Assembly (NCBI GenBank): GCA_003427395.1
Contig: BFEA01000007.1
Span: 806,746-870,745 of the forward strand
From: Chara braunii
Taxonomy: Eukaryota; Plantae; Charophyceae
Direction of reading: 5' to 3'
DNA: 64,000 bases
This document shows positions 39,054 through 52,839 of the stretch, in pieces (within the stretch, counting starts at the first letter, position 1; every line of letters starts with the position of its first letter). Under the pieces are notes generated by a model. That model saw nothing but the letters and a program-made list of their open reading frames with translations, did no database searches and was not told where the DNA came from. The translations under genes and the position numbers were made by a program.

Positions 39054-39180
39054 GCCTGAGCTTCGAAATCCCGTCCAGCCTGGGTCCCGAGGTCCTGATC
39101 AGCCTGAGTTCCAAAATCCCGTTCAGTCTGGGTCCCGCGGTCCCGCTCTGCCTGAGTTCCGAAATCCCGTTCAGCCTGGG
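39054..39180. repeat. 48-bp-period repeats in the LTR of element B
   Basis: GCCTGAGYTYCRAAATCCCGTYCAGYCTGGG at 39054, 39102, 39150. Confidence 0.8.
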
Positions 39181-40095
39181 TGTGACGAGGCAGAGACAAA
39201 GTGGCGAGGCTGAGGGAGAGAGAGAAGAGAGAGAGAGAGAGTGAGAGCACACAAACACACTCACTCGACTCAGACACGGACTCGACTCGACACGACGGAC
39301 GCAGACACGACATGGCAAAGTCCCGAAGTCACAAAGTTGCAATCTTGGATTCCAAACACAAAGTCGTGGCAAGTCACACTGAAGCACAAGCACGGAGGCC
39401 GAAGACTGAATGCCCCAACGGGGCTCGAGTCCGGTCTTAAGTACCGGACTCAGGCTCAATTCGGAGGGCCGAGGTGCGGCCTGCCTCAGGACTGAACTAA
39501 GGGTCGCAGGTCTGAGTCTAGGCGCCAGAATGTCGGATGGCGCCAAGTGTCAAATTCCGAAAGTGCCAAAGAAGGGATTTGAAATCGGGCGCCAACTGCA
39601 GAGGGCGCCAACAGTCAGCAACCGAAGAGCAGGAAATCAATAAAATAAAATAAAATAAAATAGCAAGCTGGCGGGTGGTACCCCGCGGACCAGGGATTGA
39701 GCCCTGGCTGAGTCCGTAACACTATCCCCTCCCTCTAGAAGGCAACGTCCCGGCTGCCAAAAGCCATGAAACAATGCTGAAGTCTGGGAAGGGCCTGACG
39801 GGGCCGATCACTGGTCAACATGTCTAAAGGAAGGGGGGTATAATGTGGGTGGCCTGGGTCGGGGAGTAAGAGGGAACAGGGTTATCCTATCAACGAGCTA
39901 AGGGGTTTTGCAGGGTATTTCTACTGATGTGCTATGGGGGCTGGGAAGCAAGGGGAACAGGGTAATCCTACCAACGAGTTAAGGGGTTTTGCAGGACTCA
40001 AGGTAGTTCTACTGATGTGCTAAGGGGGTTGGGAAGCACAGGGAACAGGGTAATCCAACTGATGAACTAAGGGGTGGAAACAACGGGGAAACAGG

Positions 40096-43000
40096 TGCAA
40101 GGAACATGAATATGGACGAAGCACAGAAATCCAGATTGTAAAATCACACTGAAGTCCAAGTAGTCAAAGCAAGAGCAGATAGCACAATGGNNNNNNNNNN
40201 NNNNNNNNNNNNNNNNNNNNNNNNNNNNNNNNNNNNNNNNNNNNNNNNNNNNNNNNNNNNNNNNNNNNNNNNNNNNNNNNNNNNNNNNNNNNNNNNNNNN
40301 NNNNNNNNNNNNNNNNNNNNNNNNNNNNNNNNNNNNNNNNNNNNNNNNNNNNNNNNNNNNNNNNNNNNNNNNNNNNNNNNNNNNNNNNNNNNNNNNNNNN
40401 NNNNNNNNNNNNNNNNNNNNNNNNNNNNNNNNNNNNNNNNNNNNNNNNNNNNNNNNNNNNNNNNNNNNNNNNNNNNNNNNNNNNNNNNNNNNNNNNNNNN
40501 NNNNNNNNNNNNNNNNNNNNNNNNNNNNNNNNNNNNNNNNNNNNNNNNNNNNNNNNNNNNNNNNNNNNNNNNNNNNNNNNNNNNNNNNNNNNNNNNNNNN
40601 NNNNNNNNNNNNNNNNNNNNNNNNNNNNNNNNNNNNNNNNNNNNNNNNNNNNNNNNNNNNNNNNNNNNNNNNNNNNNNNNNNNNNNNNNNNNNNNNNNNN
40701 NNNNNNNNNNNNNNNNNNNNNNNNNNNNNNNNNNNNNNNNNNNNNNNNNNNNNNNNNNNNNNNNNNNNNNNNNNNNNNNNNNNNNNNNNNNNNNNNNNNN
40801 NNNNNNNNNNNNNNNNNNNNNNNNNNNNNNNNNNNNNNNNNNNNNNNNNNNNNNNNNNNNNNNNNNNNNNNNNNNNNNNNNNNNNNNNNNNNNNNNNNNN
40901 NNNNNNNNNNNNNNNNNNNNNNNNNNNNNNNNNNNNNNNNNNNNNNNNNNNNNNNNNNNNNNNNNNNNNNNNNNNNNNNNNNNNNNNNNNNNNNNNNNNN
41001 NNNNNNNNNNNNNNNNNNNNNNNNNNNNNAGGCTTGCTGGGGCCTTAGCCCAGAACATGTACATCATGGCAAGGCCCCTNCTAGAGGGCTCAATCCTCAC
41101 ATTCCATCCCCCTTAGCTTCGAAAGTCTGCCGAGATGCTTACTTCGCAGGTGCCTTCCCTTTTAACATCTTCTCATGTTCTGCCACCGATCTTCTTTCGG
41201 ATCTGTATGATGCCGGATTCTGACGCGATACTCCCGCTTGGGTTTTGGAGGTCTTCCTTGACCCAATGGCTTTAGAACAGGCATATCCCTGTGATCCACA
41301 GTATCGTCGATATCCACTTGACCATCCATGGTTGGGGGCAGCATCGATCTCCTGGAAGAGAATTGATCTGTCTCAGCGAAAGGTGCAAGCTTTGAGGCAT
41401 GAAAGACAGGGTGTGTGCGCAGGTGATCAAGGATATGGATAACGTAGGACGGATCATCCAAATCATTCCCCCTTACATCCAAGACTTCCTGAGATGGACC
41501 AACTAACCTTTTATTCCCTGCCTTATCCAGAAAGCATAAACCACCCCTCAGGAGATGGTCTTTCCGGTAGGCTTCCACCATCGATTGAGTTAGCTCGTGA
41601 GATATGCCAAACTCGGAAACTAGTGTTTCCAGTGGATTAGAGCCTTGTATAGGGCATGGAATTCAGCCAACTTCTTAGATGACATCTTTTTGCTCATACT
41701 CAATCAGCCTCAACTTCTTCCCATCCTGCTAAGCCAACACTGTGCCAAACCCATATTGGTTAGCGTCAGTGGTTACTGTAAATGGCCTCTGAGGATTGGG
41801 AACCATGAGAAACTCGTGATTCATGAGTGCGTGCATCAATCATTTGAAGGCTGCCTCACACTCATCACTCCAGTCCCATGAGGTGTCAAGTCCAATAAGA
41901 TCTGTCAAAGGAGAGACGACTGTAGAATAGTTCTTTACGAAATTCCTATAGTAACCGCTCATCCCTAAGAAATATCTAACCTCTGTCACCGTCTGAGGAC
42001 GTGGCCAGTCCCTTATACTAGCCGCCTAGAGGCTCTGCGTTCTTCACTGTGATGGGATTGAGGCCTCTATAGTCAATGCGCATCCTCTAACTTCCTTCCT
42101 TCTTCGTTACGGACAACACTGGGGATCCGAAGGGAGAAATACTTATGTTGTATACATCCCTTTTCTGTCAGCTCCTTCAGTTGTGGATAGAGTTCGTCCC
42201 ACTCGGTCGGGGCAATCCTATAGATTCTTCCCTTTGGGGTTTTACTCCCTGGAATTATTTCTAGGGCGTGGACTATCTCCCTTTCAACGACTCCTCTGGG
42301 CTTCTTGAACAGATCAGGGAACTTAGCGACGATATGTTCTATCTCAGGGTAGACTAGGTACATACCCTCCTCTTGGTCTTGTTTAGTATTTGTAGAACGT
42401 TGTTGTACATAAGTACGCATAGGACTCAAACAACCTACTAGCCTCTCACTTAGCTAGTCTAATGGTTCTTCTATCATGCAACTCATGCTTCAACATTTTC
42501 TCAGCCTCAAGGTAGTACATTCCTTACGGCATGTCGAATGGCAACTCGTCACTAATTCGGAACGAAATCCTATGATTAGGTTCCCCTCCTCCAAAAGAGA
42601 AGGTCCAGACTACGTCCTTGACATAGTCTTTCACTCACTACTAAGCGCTCGTCGTTGGCCAAAGTAGATGCTACCGGTCTACTAAGGTGTTGTACCTGGT
42701 CCTGTAGGCGCAGCCTTTCCAAACAGTCAGAGCTTATGTAGTTCCGTGTGGAGCCGATGTCAACGAAGGCACCACTTTTGCGGCCTCCTACACCAACTTC
42801 CACACAAGCTAGGACCACGACTTTGTGCCACCCAGGATTCTCTAGGGTCCCTGTCTGACCACTCACTCTGCGAATCCTCTACGGCCTCAGACACATCTAA
42901 TGTACAAAGCACATTTTGGTCCAAATGAGTCTCCGGGGTGACTAAAGAGTCATTAGCCTTGGCCAACTCATGAAGTGGGGAGGGTATTCCCACTTCACCA

Positions 43001-46000
43001 TGAGTAGAAGTAGCTAAAACTTCCACCGGCCCCACGTGTTTCCCGAGCTAGAAGTCTGGGAAGAAGGCACCCCTTCCTTAGGGGTATCTTCTGCGTGACC
43101 TTCGCATTCTTCCACTGATGCTGGGTGTGCTCAGTCTCACCTAGGTAATGCAAGCTCCATGCGAACGGCGGTCCCGCCACACTAATCTAAGCCAGCCTTA
43201 ACCCAATCATCAACTTTGGACTGATTGGAGGCGGCCTACCCTTGACTCTTTTGATGGCCCTTCCTTTGGCCACCCGCCTTAGCCTTTTAATACCGCGGCA
43301 AGGGTGCTACCCTCAGCATGGTCCTCACCGTCATTCTCTGGTGTGTCCATCAGGTCAGAAAGGTCATTGACCTCATCATTCGTCTACCCTTCTTCTTCCA
43401 CTCCTGTGGACTCTCCTTTCTTCTTCCGTCTACTGAAGTGTGATATGCCAACTGTGTTCTGAGACTCTCGGGGAGAAATAGCGAATGCCTGGGACAAAAA
43501 TGAGATTCTCAACGGTAGTCGTAAACTCCCAGACTGATTGTGCCAGCGATCTTCTACCCTGTCGATGAACTCTTCTAAAGATAGGGTCTTACCCCATTCT
43601 CCTATGCGTCGTCCATCTCCGGCTTTCGCTATGAACACACTAAGTCAGTTTGTTGCTCTACCTTCAAGGTAAGAGGCAGCCATTATCACTTACTCCTCCT
43701 GCAAGGTCCTCTTGGCCCTCACCCACATCGGGACCGATCTCAACCTGAGATTGAGATCCTCGTCCTTCTTTTCACCTGTGTAAGGAAGGGGAGCCCTCTT
43801 TGGGGTCTTTGAGAACAAGGAACTTGCTGCTGTTCCTGTGGTGGAACAGGTTGCTGTGGCGGTGATTGAGTAGCTGTCACTGCCTGACTAGAGGAAGAAG
43901 AAGTTACAGTCTGTGCTGCTGCTGCTGACGAACCACTTGGTTGTGTGCCAGCTTGGGGATAGATGCCTATAACTGTCATCTTAGGGAGTGGCGATCTATT
44001 AACTGCGAGCAGCCTAGAGCTTTGCTGCTGCAACTGAGTCAATGTCTAATCCAAGGTGTCTTGCATGAAGTCCATTCTGCTGACTACGCGTGCCTGTAGT
44101 GAGAGCAAACTAGACCTCAACACCTTCATTGGGTCAAACAATGCTGCCTCATCCGTTGCCTCTAACGCAGTTTTGTTGGCCTCTACTCTTTCCGACCTGA
44201 CTATCCTATCTCTCTTTCTCTCTGTGGCTTCCTGAAGTTCCCCCACTAGCCGTGCACGGATCCTTTCGACTTGCTGGAGTTCCCTCAACTCCAGCTGGCG
44301 TGGGGTCAACGGGCTTAACTTCGAGCCCGCCATTTGAATGGTGGAGACAATAGAAACTACGGTACTAGAGATGCCCGGGGACCAGGTGAGCATTCCCAAC
44401 TGTGTCCCAGACGAGGTCCCAGACGAGATGGCAGCATTGGATGTTGCTGCGGTAGCCTTTGCAGCTACGGTGGCCTATCCAGCTGCTACGTTAGCTGCTG
44501 CTACCAGCAGTGCAACTTCTCTTGCTGTTCTCTCGGCTGCTGCTCATTCACGGGCTCTTGCTCCGGCCCTAAGCCGTTGCTTAACTCCGGTACCTAGGAT
44601 CTATAACACGAACGAAACTCTCTTTAGTTCCGACCGTGAGTCTCTCATCATCAACTCTACCCTCATCGCTGTTTGACCCACCCAACAGCTATGCAAACAG
44701 TATCTGCACTACAACTCCCTACCAGAGTCCTTCCACAGCATGTGTCTGACCGGCTCTAAATTTTCTAAAAATAAATATGAGTCCGGCAGGTTACTTCACC
44801 ACTGTCAAGCGATTGTCAACCAATATTCACATAGACCATACACATAATTTAATCCTATCGTTGATTAGTTCACTTACAGCAGCATTAGATAGAACCGGCT
44901 ATGGTGGTATACAACAGTCCTACTCTAATCTGTCTGTGAGGTGTTAGCAGTCCGTCAACCAACTAATCAAGAATAAAACAAGACTATGTTGCAGATGTAT
45001 GAATAGTGGGTATGGTTGTGTTTCCAGTTGAGCACCAATTAGAACCTCCCCTCCCCTCAATCCAACCTACCGAATATCATCATTGAGCAGCGGTGTCTTC
45101 GTGTGTATTCTCGGCCCACCCCTGTGCCCCAAGTCATTGCCGAGCAAGCCAGCCCATCCACTCTTGTTTACCCTCGTACGGAACGAGCCTTACTACCCGG
45201 GTTGATCTGGCTGATCAGGAGGGATTTAAGGAGAGCCCCCATCTCCTCAGGAATTCTTTAACGTCGCAGACAGGACGACGATCACAGCCAGTATCAACAC
45301 CGAGTTTCCCGACCAGAAATATTTATAGACGGTCTGGACAGCGTCTCTTATGGGCTGGCACAGCCGGCATGACTTCAACAGCACAGCAAAGTGCCAAAAT
45401 GGTCAGCAGCCATCGCATGCGTGACCTACTCCCATTGGGTTGGCATGGTGACCGTGACCCAAGTGCTCCAACCAGGGCCCTTCAGAGGCACCGCCCTCGC
45501 TCCATTCAGATGCTTCCGGGAAGATTGTCGTCTCTTAAGGTAGAGCGCATTCGACACCTCACCAAAAGAGAGGACTCTCAAGTTGGACTCACTTCCTCGC
45601 GGTAAGAAGAGATTGAGAGAGTAGATAAGGTAAGGGAACAGCGTACTTGGAGATAGCTGCCCCCAACCACAGATTTCTCACCAATTGAGTTGAGTGTGCA
45701 TTTGATGACCGGTCTTGGCCTTGGTACCACCCACAACGCAATGCAGTGCCACCTCAGCCGAATGCCACATCAGCATGCTCTCATCACCAATCATACATTT
45801 CGCCTGTCACCACGACAATCAATGTCGTCTTAGCCTTCCGGCGCACACCTTTCTACCCAGGTCGTGCGCCTAGTATGGTCTGACGTCACAAGAACCAACT
45901 GCGAAGAATAATCGTCAATGCACCAAGTCTGTATAACGCCAGCGCACCAAGGTAAGTGGCGAATCAAACCAGCTCCGATACCAAATTGCAAGGAACATGA

Positions 46001-47102
46001 ATATGGACGAAGCACAGAAATCCAGATTGTAAAATCACACTGAAGTCCAAGTAGTCAAAGCAAGAGCAGATAGCACAATGGNNNNNNNNNNNNNNNNNNN
46101 NNNNNNNNNNNNNNNNNNNNNNNNNNNNNNNNNNNNNNNNNNNNNNNNNNNNNNNNNNNNNNNNNNNNNNNNNNNNNNNNNNNNNNNNNNNNNNNNNNNN
46201 NNNNNNNNNNNNNNNNNNNNNNNNNNNNNNNNNNNNNNNNNNNNNNNNNNNNNNNNNNNNNNNNNNNNNNNNNNNNNNNNNNNNNNNNNNNNNNNNNNNN
46301 NNNNNNNNNNNNNNNNNNNNNNNNNNNNNNNNNNNNNNNNNNNNNNNNNNNNNNNNNNNNNNNNNNNNNNNNNNNNNNNNNNNNNNNNNNNNNNNNNNNN
46401 NNNNNNNNNNNNNNNNNNNNNNNNNNNNNNNNNNNNNNNNNNNNNNNNNNNNNNNNNNNNNNNNNNNNNNNNNNNNNNNNNNNNNNNNNNNNNNNNNNNN
46501 NNNNNNNNNNNNNNNNNNNNNNNNNNNNNNNNNNNNNNNNNNNNNNNNNNNNNNNNNNNNNNNNNNNNNNNNNNNNNNNNNNNNNNNNNNNNNNNNNNNN
46601 NNNNNNNNNNNNNNNNNNNNNNNNNNNNNNNNNNNNNNNNNNNNNNNNNNNNNNNNNNNNNNNNNNNNNNNNNNNNNNNNNNNNNNNNNNNNNNNNNNNN
46701 NNNNNNNNNNNNNNNNNNNNNNNNNNNNNNNNNNNNNNNNNNNNNNNNNNNNNNNNNNNNNNNNNNNNNNNNNNNNNNNNNNNNNNNNNNNNNNNNNNNN
46801 NNNNNNNNNNNNNNNNNNNNNNNNNNNNNNNNNNNNNNNNNNNNNNNNNNNNNNNNNNNNNNNNNNNNNNNNNNNNNNNNNNNNNNNNNNNNNNNNNNNN
46901 NNNNNNNNNNNNNNNNNNNNNNNNNNNNNNNNNNNNNNNNNNNNNNNNNNNNNNNNNNNNNNNNNNNNNNNNNNNNNNNNNNNNNNNNNNNNNNNNNNNN
47001 NTTGGCCCGCCTTCACTTAGGGCGGGCACGAGGCTTGCTGGGGCCTTAGCCCAGAACATGTACATCATGGCAAGGCCCCTTCTAGAGGGCTCAATCGTCA
47101 CA
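40096..47102 (-). mobile_element. Ty3/gypsy element C: both LTRs present, internally deleted, nested in B
   Basis: LTRs 40096-41101 and 45987-47102 (both gap-containing, TG...CA), PBS 45970-45983, PPT ~41102-41116, 4-bp TSD CAGG (40092-40095 / 47103-47106); decayed gag, protease FVDIGS, RT, chromodomain. Confidence 0.93.
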
Positions 47103-47803
47103 CAGGGTAATTCTACTGATGAACTAGGAGGTTCAGGGCAAAACAGGTTATGTGGTGCTCAAGAAAAGGAAATTTGGCTTGCGATGTACGGGGCGGGGTT
47201 GCTGAGGGTCGGGGATTTAGTGGTACTGGTTGAAAATTATGTGTAGCAGTCCATGTAGATGTCTTGAGAACAGGTCTTGAAAAGTGTCGTCGGTGAGAAA
47301 GCAGTCTTCAACAGGTCTGTGATGTGGACAGCGAGAGCGTCAGCTTGAATGTCCCAGTAGCAGGATGCGTCCGGTACTCGGATCTGCTGCTGAGGTCTGA
47401 TCCGGATAGCAGGTCGTAGACTGATCTTGATGTCCCTATCAGAGGTGCTGCTCCAGAAGTCTGCAAGTCCAAGGTGTCGGCCAAATGGAACAGCATGGTG
47501 GCCAACCAGTTGTCTTATCTCCTCGTATTGAGTTGCAGCATGCCATCGTCCTCGTGCACTTGCCATTAGATCCATTATCGCTTGTGACGCGCAGGGGCCA
47601 CGTAGGGAACTTGGACAAGAGAGACAAGGATGCGGCGGAGGACAGACGGGAGAAGGGTGTGAGACGGAGGCAAGAGCGGATCAGACAGAGGGAGGTCAAG
47701 GGCCAAGGGCTTTGTTGGGGGCAGGGGTGTGTGTAGGGCAGGAATGTGGGGTTTTGGAGGGGTCAAGGCGGGGCTATGCAGGGGTTTAAGGTTGGGGATG
47801 TAT

Positions 47804-50800
47804 CTAGGGTATAGGGTGAGCGCGATCATAGGCGTGAACAAGTTTCATAGCGTTCTTGAGATTAGAGAGAGGTTCCCATGTAGATTCTTCATCGGGGTAT
47901 CCGGTCCATTTGACTTTGTATCCTTTGAGAGGTTCCGGGTGGTCTGATACTTGTGTATTTCGTCGTCCTATAATGGATTCTACTACGAATTCCGGGCCTG
48001 TGGGAAGCATGATTGGTGGGGGTCGGGGATAAGGTCGGTCAGCGAATTGAGGTGGGGATTCATGATACTCTTTTGGGTATTCTATGTGGAAGACAGGGTG
48101 GACACGACTCATGTCAGGGGAAAGTTGAAGTTTGTAGCTGCGGAGATTTTTTCAATGATGGGGAAGGGTCCGAGCCTTTTGTTTGAGAGTTTCTTTGACA
48201 ATCCATGTTCGGGTTCAAAGCGTTTGGCGGAGAGCCAGACTTCGTCCCCTACTTTGAATTGCAAGTCTCGTCTGTGTTTGTTAATCTTGTTTGCTTGTTG
48301 TTCTTGTGTTCTTTCAAGGGCTTCGGTTGCTTCTCTGAGGAGTCCATTCATTGTTGCTACCCATTCATTGAGGGAAGGGCAAGGTGTGGAGGGGTTGAGC
48401 TGGGAGGGAAGCACGAAGTCGGAGGGCAAGCAAGGATGGTAGCCAAGGTCAAGGAAGAACGGGGATATGCCAGTGGAAGGGCAGACGACATTGTTATAGG
48501 CGATCTTGACGGCTGTGAGCAACTGGTCCCAGTCGTGTTGGTGTGGATGACAATACTTCCGCAGGATTCTTTGGAGAGTATCGTTCATCTTCTCAGTTTG
48601 TCCATCAGTTTGGGGGTGGAATGCAGTGCTATACTTGAGCGTGGTTCCATATGCTTTGAAGAGGTGTTTCCAGAATTGTGAGAGGAAGCGGGGATCGTGG
48701 TCACTGATGATGTTCTCGGGGAGGCTGTGATGGCGTGCGACATGATCGAAGAAGAGGGTGGCGACGTCTTTGGCATTGTGCGAAGTCGTGCACTGAATGA
48801 AGTGGGCACGTTTGGTCAAGCGGAAGACAATGACGTAGATGCAATCATGCCCCCGGTCGGTCTTGGGGAGGCCGCACACGAAGTCCATGGAGATGGACTG
48901 CCACCGGTGAGCTGGGATGGGCAATGATTGGAGCTTGCCGGGTTTGGCCCGGTTTGTGGGGTTGACAACTTGACACGTGGGGCATGAGCGAATGTATGCT
49001 TTGACGTCGGCGAGCAAGGAAGGCCAGTAGAAGTAGCGGGAAATGGTGTCGAAGGTTTTCGGGAAACCGAAGTATCCTGCGATCTTGGCGTCGTGGTGCT
49101 CGGCCAAGCGTTGCGTATGGAGACCACGTGCGTCGGGGATGAAAAGTCGGCGAGTGCCTTTGGTATCAATGTAGAGAAGGTTGTTGTGAAGGGAGTAGTC
49201 GGGGACTGGGTCAAGATCGCGGAGCTTGTTGTAGATGGTGGCGAAGTCTGGGCAAGAGAGGTAGCCTTGGGTGTATCGGTGATGGAGTGATGGTTGGAGT
49301 TGGATATGAGTCATGGTGGCGTAGACTTTCTCGGGGGGCTTGTGGTCGGGTCGTCCAGAGAGGGCATCCGCAACGCGGTTGCTTTTGCCGGGGTATGGCA
49401 AATGGTGAATGTGAACTGGGCAAGGAAGTCTAACCAGCGGGCATGGCGTGGAGTGATATCTTTCTTGGAGAGGGTGGAGGAGACGATGGTGTTGTCAGTG
49501 CGGATGGTGAAGTATTGCCCGTCGAGGTACGGGCGCCAGACTATGAGGGCGTGAATCACAACGAGGAGTTCCTTCTCGTTGGAGGGGTAATTCATCTATG
49601 CGGGAAGGAGCTTCTTGCTTGCGAAGGCAATGGGGTGCCGGATGGAGGCTCGGGGTGAGTGGGTGAGTCCTTAATGGAGGGGGTCTCGGCGGTGTCGCGG
49701 GGGAAATGTTGTGATAATACGGCTCCAATGGCGAAGTCGGAGGCGTTAGTGGTGACATAGAAATGGCGAGTGGGGTCGGCGATCTTGAGGACAGGGGTCG
49801 TGGTGATGGTTTGTTTGAGTAAGTCGAAAGCGTCTTGGCAGATATTGTTCCAATTGAAGGGCTCGTCCTTACGGGTGAGTTCGTGGAGAGGGTACGAGAT
49901 CTCGCAAAAGTTGCGAATGAACGGGCGGTAATAGTTGGCAAGGTCGAGGAAGGAATGGAGTTCGAGGAGGGTCTTGGGCGGGGGTTACTCGACGAGGGCT
50001 GTGACCTTTGAGGGGTTCATACGGATGCCCTCAGCGGAGACAATGTGGCCGATGTATTCGACGCTCGAAGCGGCAAACGTACATTTGTTGAGCTTGGCGT
50101 AGAATCTCTGCTCTCGGAGGATCGAGAGGACCGACGAATACGCTGGAGGTGGGACTCGAAGGTGGGGCTAAAAATGAGGATGTCATCAAGGTACACGATG
50201 ACACAGACTTCGAGGAGGTAATGGAAGATGTAATTCATGGTTGACTGGAATGTGGTGGGGGCATTGGTGAGTCCGAAAGGCATTATGAGGAACTCATAGT
50301 GCCCGAACCGAGAGCGGAATGCGGTCTTATGGGTGTCCTCCTCGCGGATACGGATCTGGTGGAAGCCACTGCGAAGGTCAATCTTGGTGAAATATTTGGC
50401 TCCACGAAGTCGATCAAGGAGCTCGGAGATCCGAGGTAAGGGGTACTTGTTCTTGATCGTGATCCGGTTCAAGGCGCGGTCGTCTGTGCACATGCGGAGT
50501 TCCAAAGTTCCACCTTTCTTTACAAAAAGGCAGCTAGTACTGAAGGGAGATGAACTCGGCTTAATGAACCCTTTTTCAAGGAGCTCATTGAGTTGCTACT
50601 TCATTTCTTCGGCTTCGAGGACCGAGAGTTGGTATGGAGGGCGGCAAGGTGGAGAATGTCAGTGCTCCAAATCGATGGTATGGGATACGCCACGATCCGG
50701 AGGGAATCCGACAGGCAAGGATTCAGGGAAGACGTCCTTGAACTCGTCGAGGATAGAGGTGAGGGCGGGGTCAGAGGGGGGGGCTCGATCGGGTCTGTCC

Positions 50801-51370
50801 GTTGGGAGTAAGTCCTCGGGACTTTCGCGGTCAAGGACAAGGCAGTAGTAGGTGGAGTCCGGGTTCATGCTGGCCGTGTGGAGGAATTGATGCGGGGTGA
50901 CGGAGCCGTGGGAGGTTGGATATGGGAGATAGGGAATGCCGATGGTTGTGTCGGGTGGGGGGGTGAGGCGGAGGAAGTTGGGGTGGAATGCGTACGGCAT
51001 GTAGCGGTCCAGCCACGGTGTTCCTAAGACGATGTCGCACATCAAATGCATGACATCAAATGAGACCTGACTGCGGAGGGTTCCTACTGTCATGGTGGTC
51101 TCGGGAACCGTGCGGTCCACTACGACGGCGGTGTATTTGTCCCCTAGACGGATCGTAATCGGGGAGTCGTAACCGGTAGAGGTAAGAACGGCTTTCCGGA
51201 CACACGCGTCGGCGATGAAGTTACTGGTGGCTCCTATGTCGAGGAGGGCTCGGAACTTAGCGGTAGACGCACCAAAGGTGACGGCGATGAATTTGAGGTG
51301 GAAACGGGATGAGTTGGCGGTGGAGATGATGGTATTGAGGCTGCGTTGTTCGTTGCCGTAATGGCAGTCA
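47804..51370 (-). pseudogene. pol of element B (PR-RT-RH-IN-chromodomain), frameshifted
   Basis: MPFGLTNAP, NRVADALS, SISMDFV, STAFHPQTDGQTE, GPF, YKVKWTGYPDEESTWEP. Confidence 0.93.
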
Positions 51371-52639
51371 GATAGACTATACATTGTGGAAGAGTCCACA
51401 GTCTGAGTCTATCCCCTACAAGGAAAGCTAATTGCAAGTGGAAATATATGCACACTACTGTCAAGTTGGAAATATTATGCAGTTCGATACGGCAACGAGT
51501 GAGAGGAGCTGTCCTCTTGCTGGCCACAAATAGGTCTACCAACATCAGGATCTCTGGGCATTCTTTCGCCTTTTGCCCAGGTCCGTCATTAGGGCATGGG
51601 AAATCCTGCCAGGCAATCTCTTTACGTGGAAAGCACCGCCCCCTCATCCATTTCTTCAGTCTTCCCAGAAAACACAGCGAAAATGAATGCGCGATGTCAC
51701 CTTCGGCCGGTTCTTGGTTTCTGCTCCATGCCCCTCTGATGCTTCTGGGCATGCGACAGTAGATGAAACAACATTTGGCAGAACCATGCAGAGTCCTGAT
51801 CGAGCCTCAAGTATAGGCAGGCAAGGCTATATATGGTCTGTGTGGCCCCGTGCCTGTGCCCAAGGCACACATATACTCAGGTCTGCTTTCTACGTTCTGT
51901 ACTAAGTTTGCCTTGGGCACAGGCACGGGGCAAACTCAGTACACCAGAATCAGGGTTAGTCATGCAGGGTCCTATCATCTTCACCCAAATAGAACACCAG
52001 TCATTACAACCAGTGTCACATACCCCGACGGTCGGCGGCACTTGACTGGTCGGATGCCGACCAGCCGACCGGTTGGCTGGTCAGCACCTACCGGTCGGAG
52101 GTCGTCGGCACCCCGCAATTTTTTTTTGGGGTCCAGAACCCCTGATAACCCCACCAACACCAACACCCCCATCCCCNNNNNNNNNNNNNNNNNNNNNNNN
52201 NNNNNNNNNNNNNNNNNNNNNNNNNNNNNNNNNNNNNNNNNNNNNNNNNNNNNNNNNNNNNNNNNNNNNNNNNNNNNNNNNNNNNNNNNNNNNNNNNNNN
52301 NNNNNNNNNNNNNNNNNNNNNNNNNNNNNNNNNNNNNNNNNNNNNNNNNNNNNNNNNNNNNNNNNNNNNNNNNNNNNNNNNNNNNNNNNNNNNNNNNNNN
52401 NNNNNNNNNNNNNNNNNNNNNNNNNNNNNNNNNNNNNNNNNNNNNNNNNNNNNNNNNNNNNNNNNNNNNNNNNNNNNNNNNNNNNNNNNNNNNNNNNNNN
52501 NNNNNNNNNNNNNNNNNNNNNGCCCTACTGGTCGGCTGCAATACGGTCCACGGTCGGCAAGTGCGCAACCCTGATTACAACTGTATTTGGGGCAACATCC
52601 AGTCCAGATGCAGCGATATTAGGCTAAACATGGAACCCT

Positions 52640-52839
52640 CTTAAACCACCAGTACCCCGCCCAGCTTGAGAAAAACATGTGAGTTTCATATGCAGCTGCA
52701 ACTTTCGGGGGCTTGGGTACCAGATGTAATGACTGGCGGCACCAGCCAAAAGCAGGCCCGCGTGGGTTCATTTTTGTTTGGCGTGCGGGGCGAATTTATG
52801 TTCGGCATCAATAGCTGGGCAGGGTGCTGGTGGTTTAAG
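52640..52839. mobile_element. MITE-like element (~200 bp)
   Basis: 27-bp terminal inverted repeats with 2 mismatches: CTTAAACCACCAGTACCCCGCCCAGCT / AGCTGGGCAGGGTGCTGGTGGTTTAAG. Confidence 0.7.

Larger units (their letters stand above)
38384..51370 (-). mobile_element. Ty3/gypsy chromovirus element B (gag and 5' LTR missing), interrupted by element C
   Basis: Protease LLDIGAT, RT YLDD (50017-50505), RNase H, integrase (48109-49401), canonical chromodomain (47804-48112); PPT 39722-39736; 3' LTR starts TGTTAC at 39721; left LTR boundary uncertain. Confidence 0.85.

Noticed and set aside
40019-40035. PPT-like GCTAAGGGGG in the B repeats matching the PPT of C
   Set aside because: Opposite strand and short; likely coincidence
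40059-40085. Hammerhead-like CTGATGA...GAAAC
   Set aside because: No credible stem II or flanking helices; part of a degenerate tandem repeat
40144-47101. Long ORFs spanning N-runs (also at 1243-2148, 37052-37714, 51850-52644)
   Set aside because: Open only because N codons contain no stops
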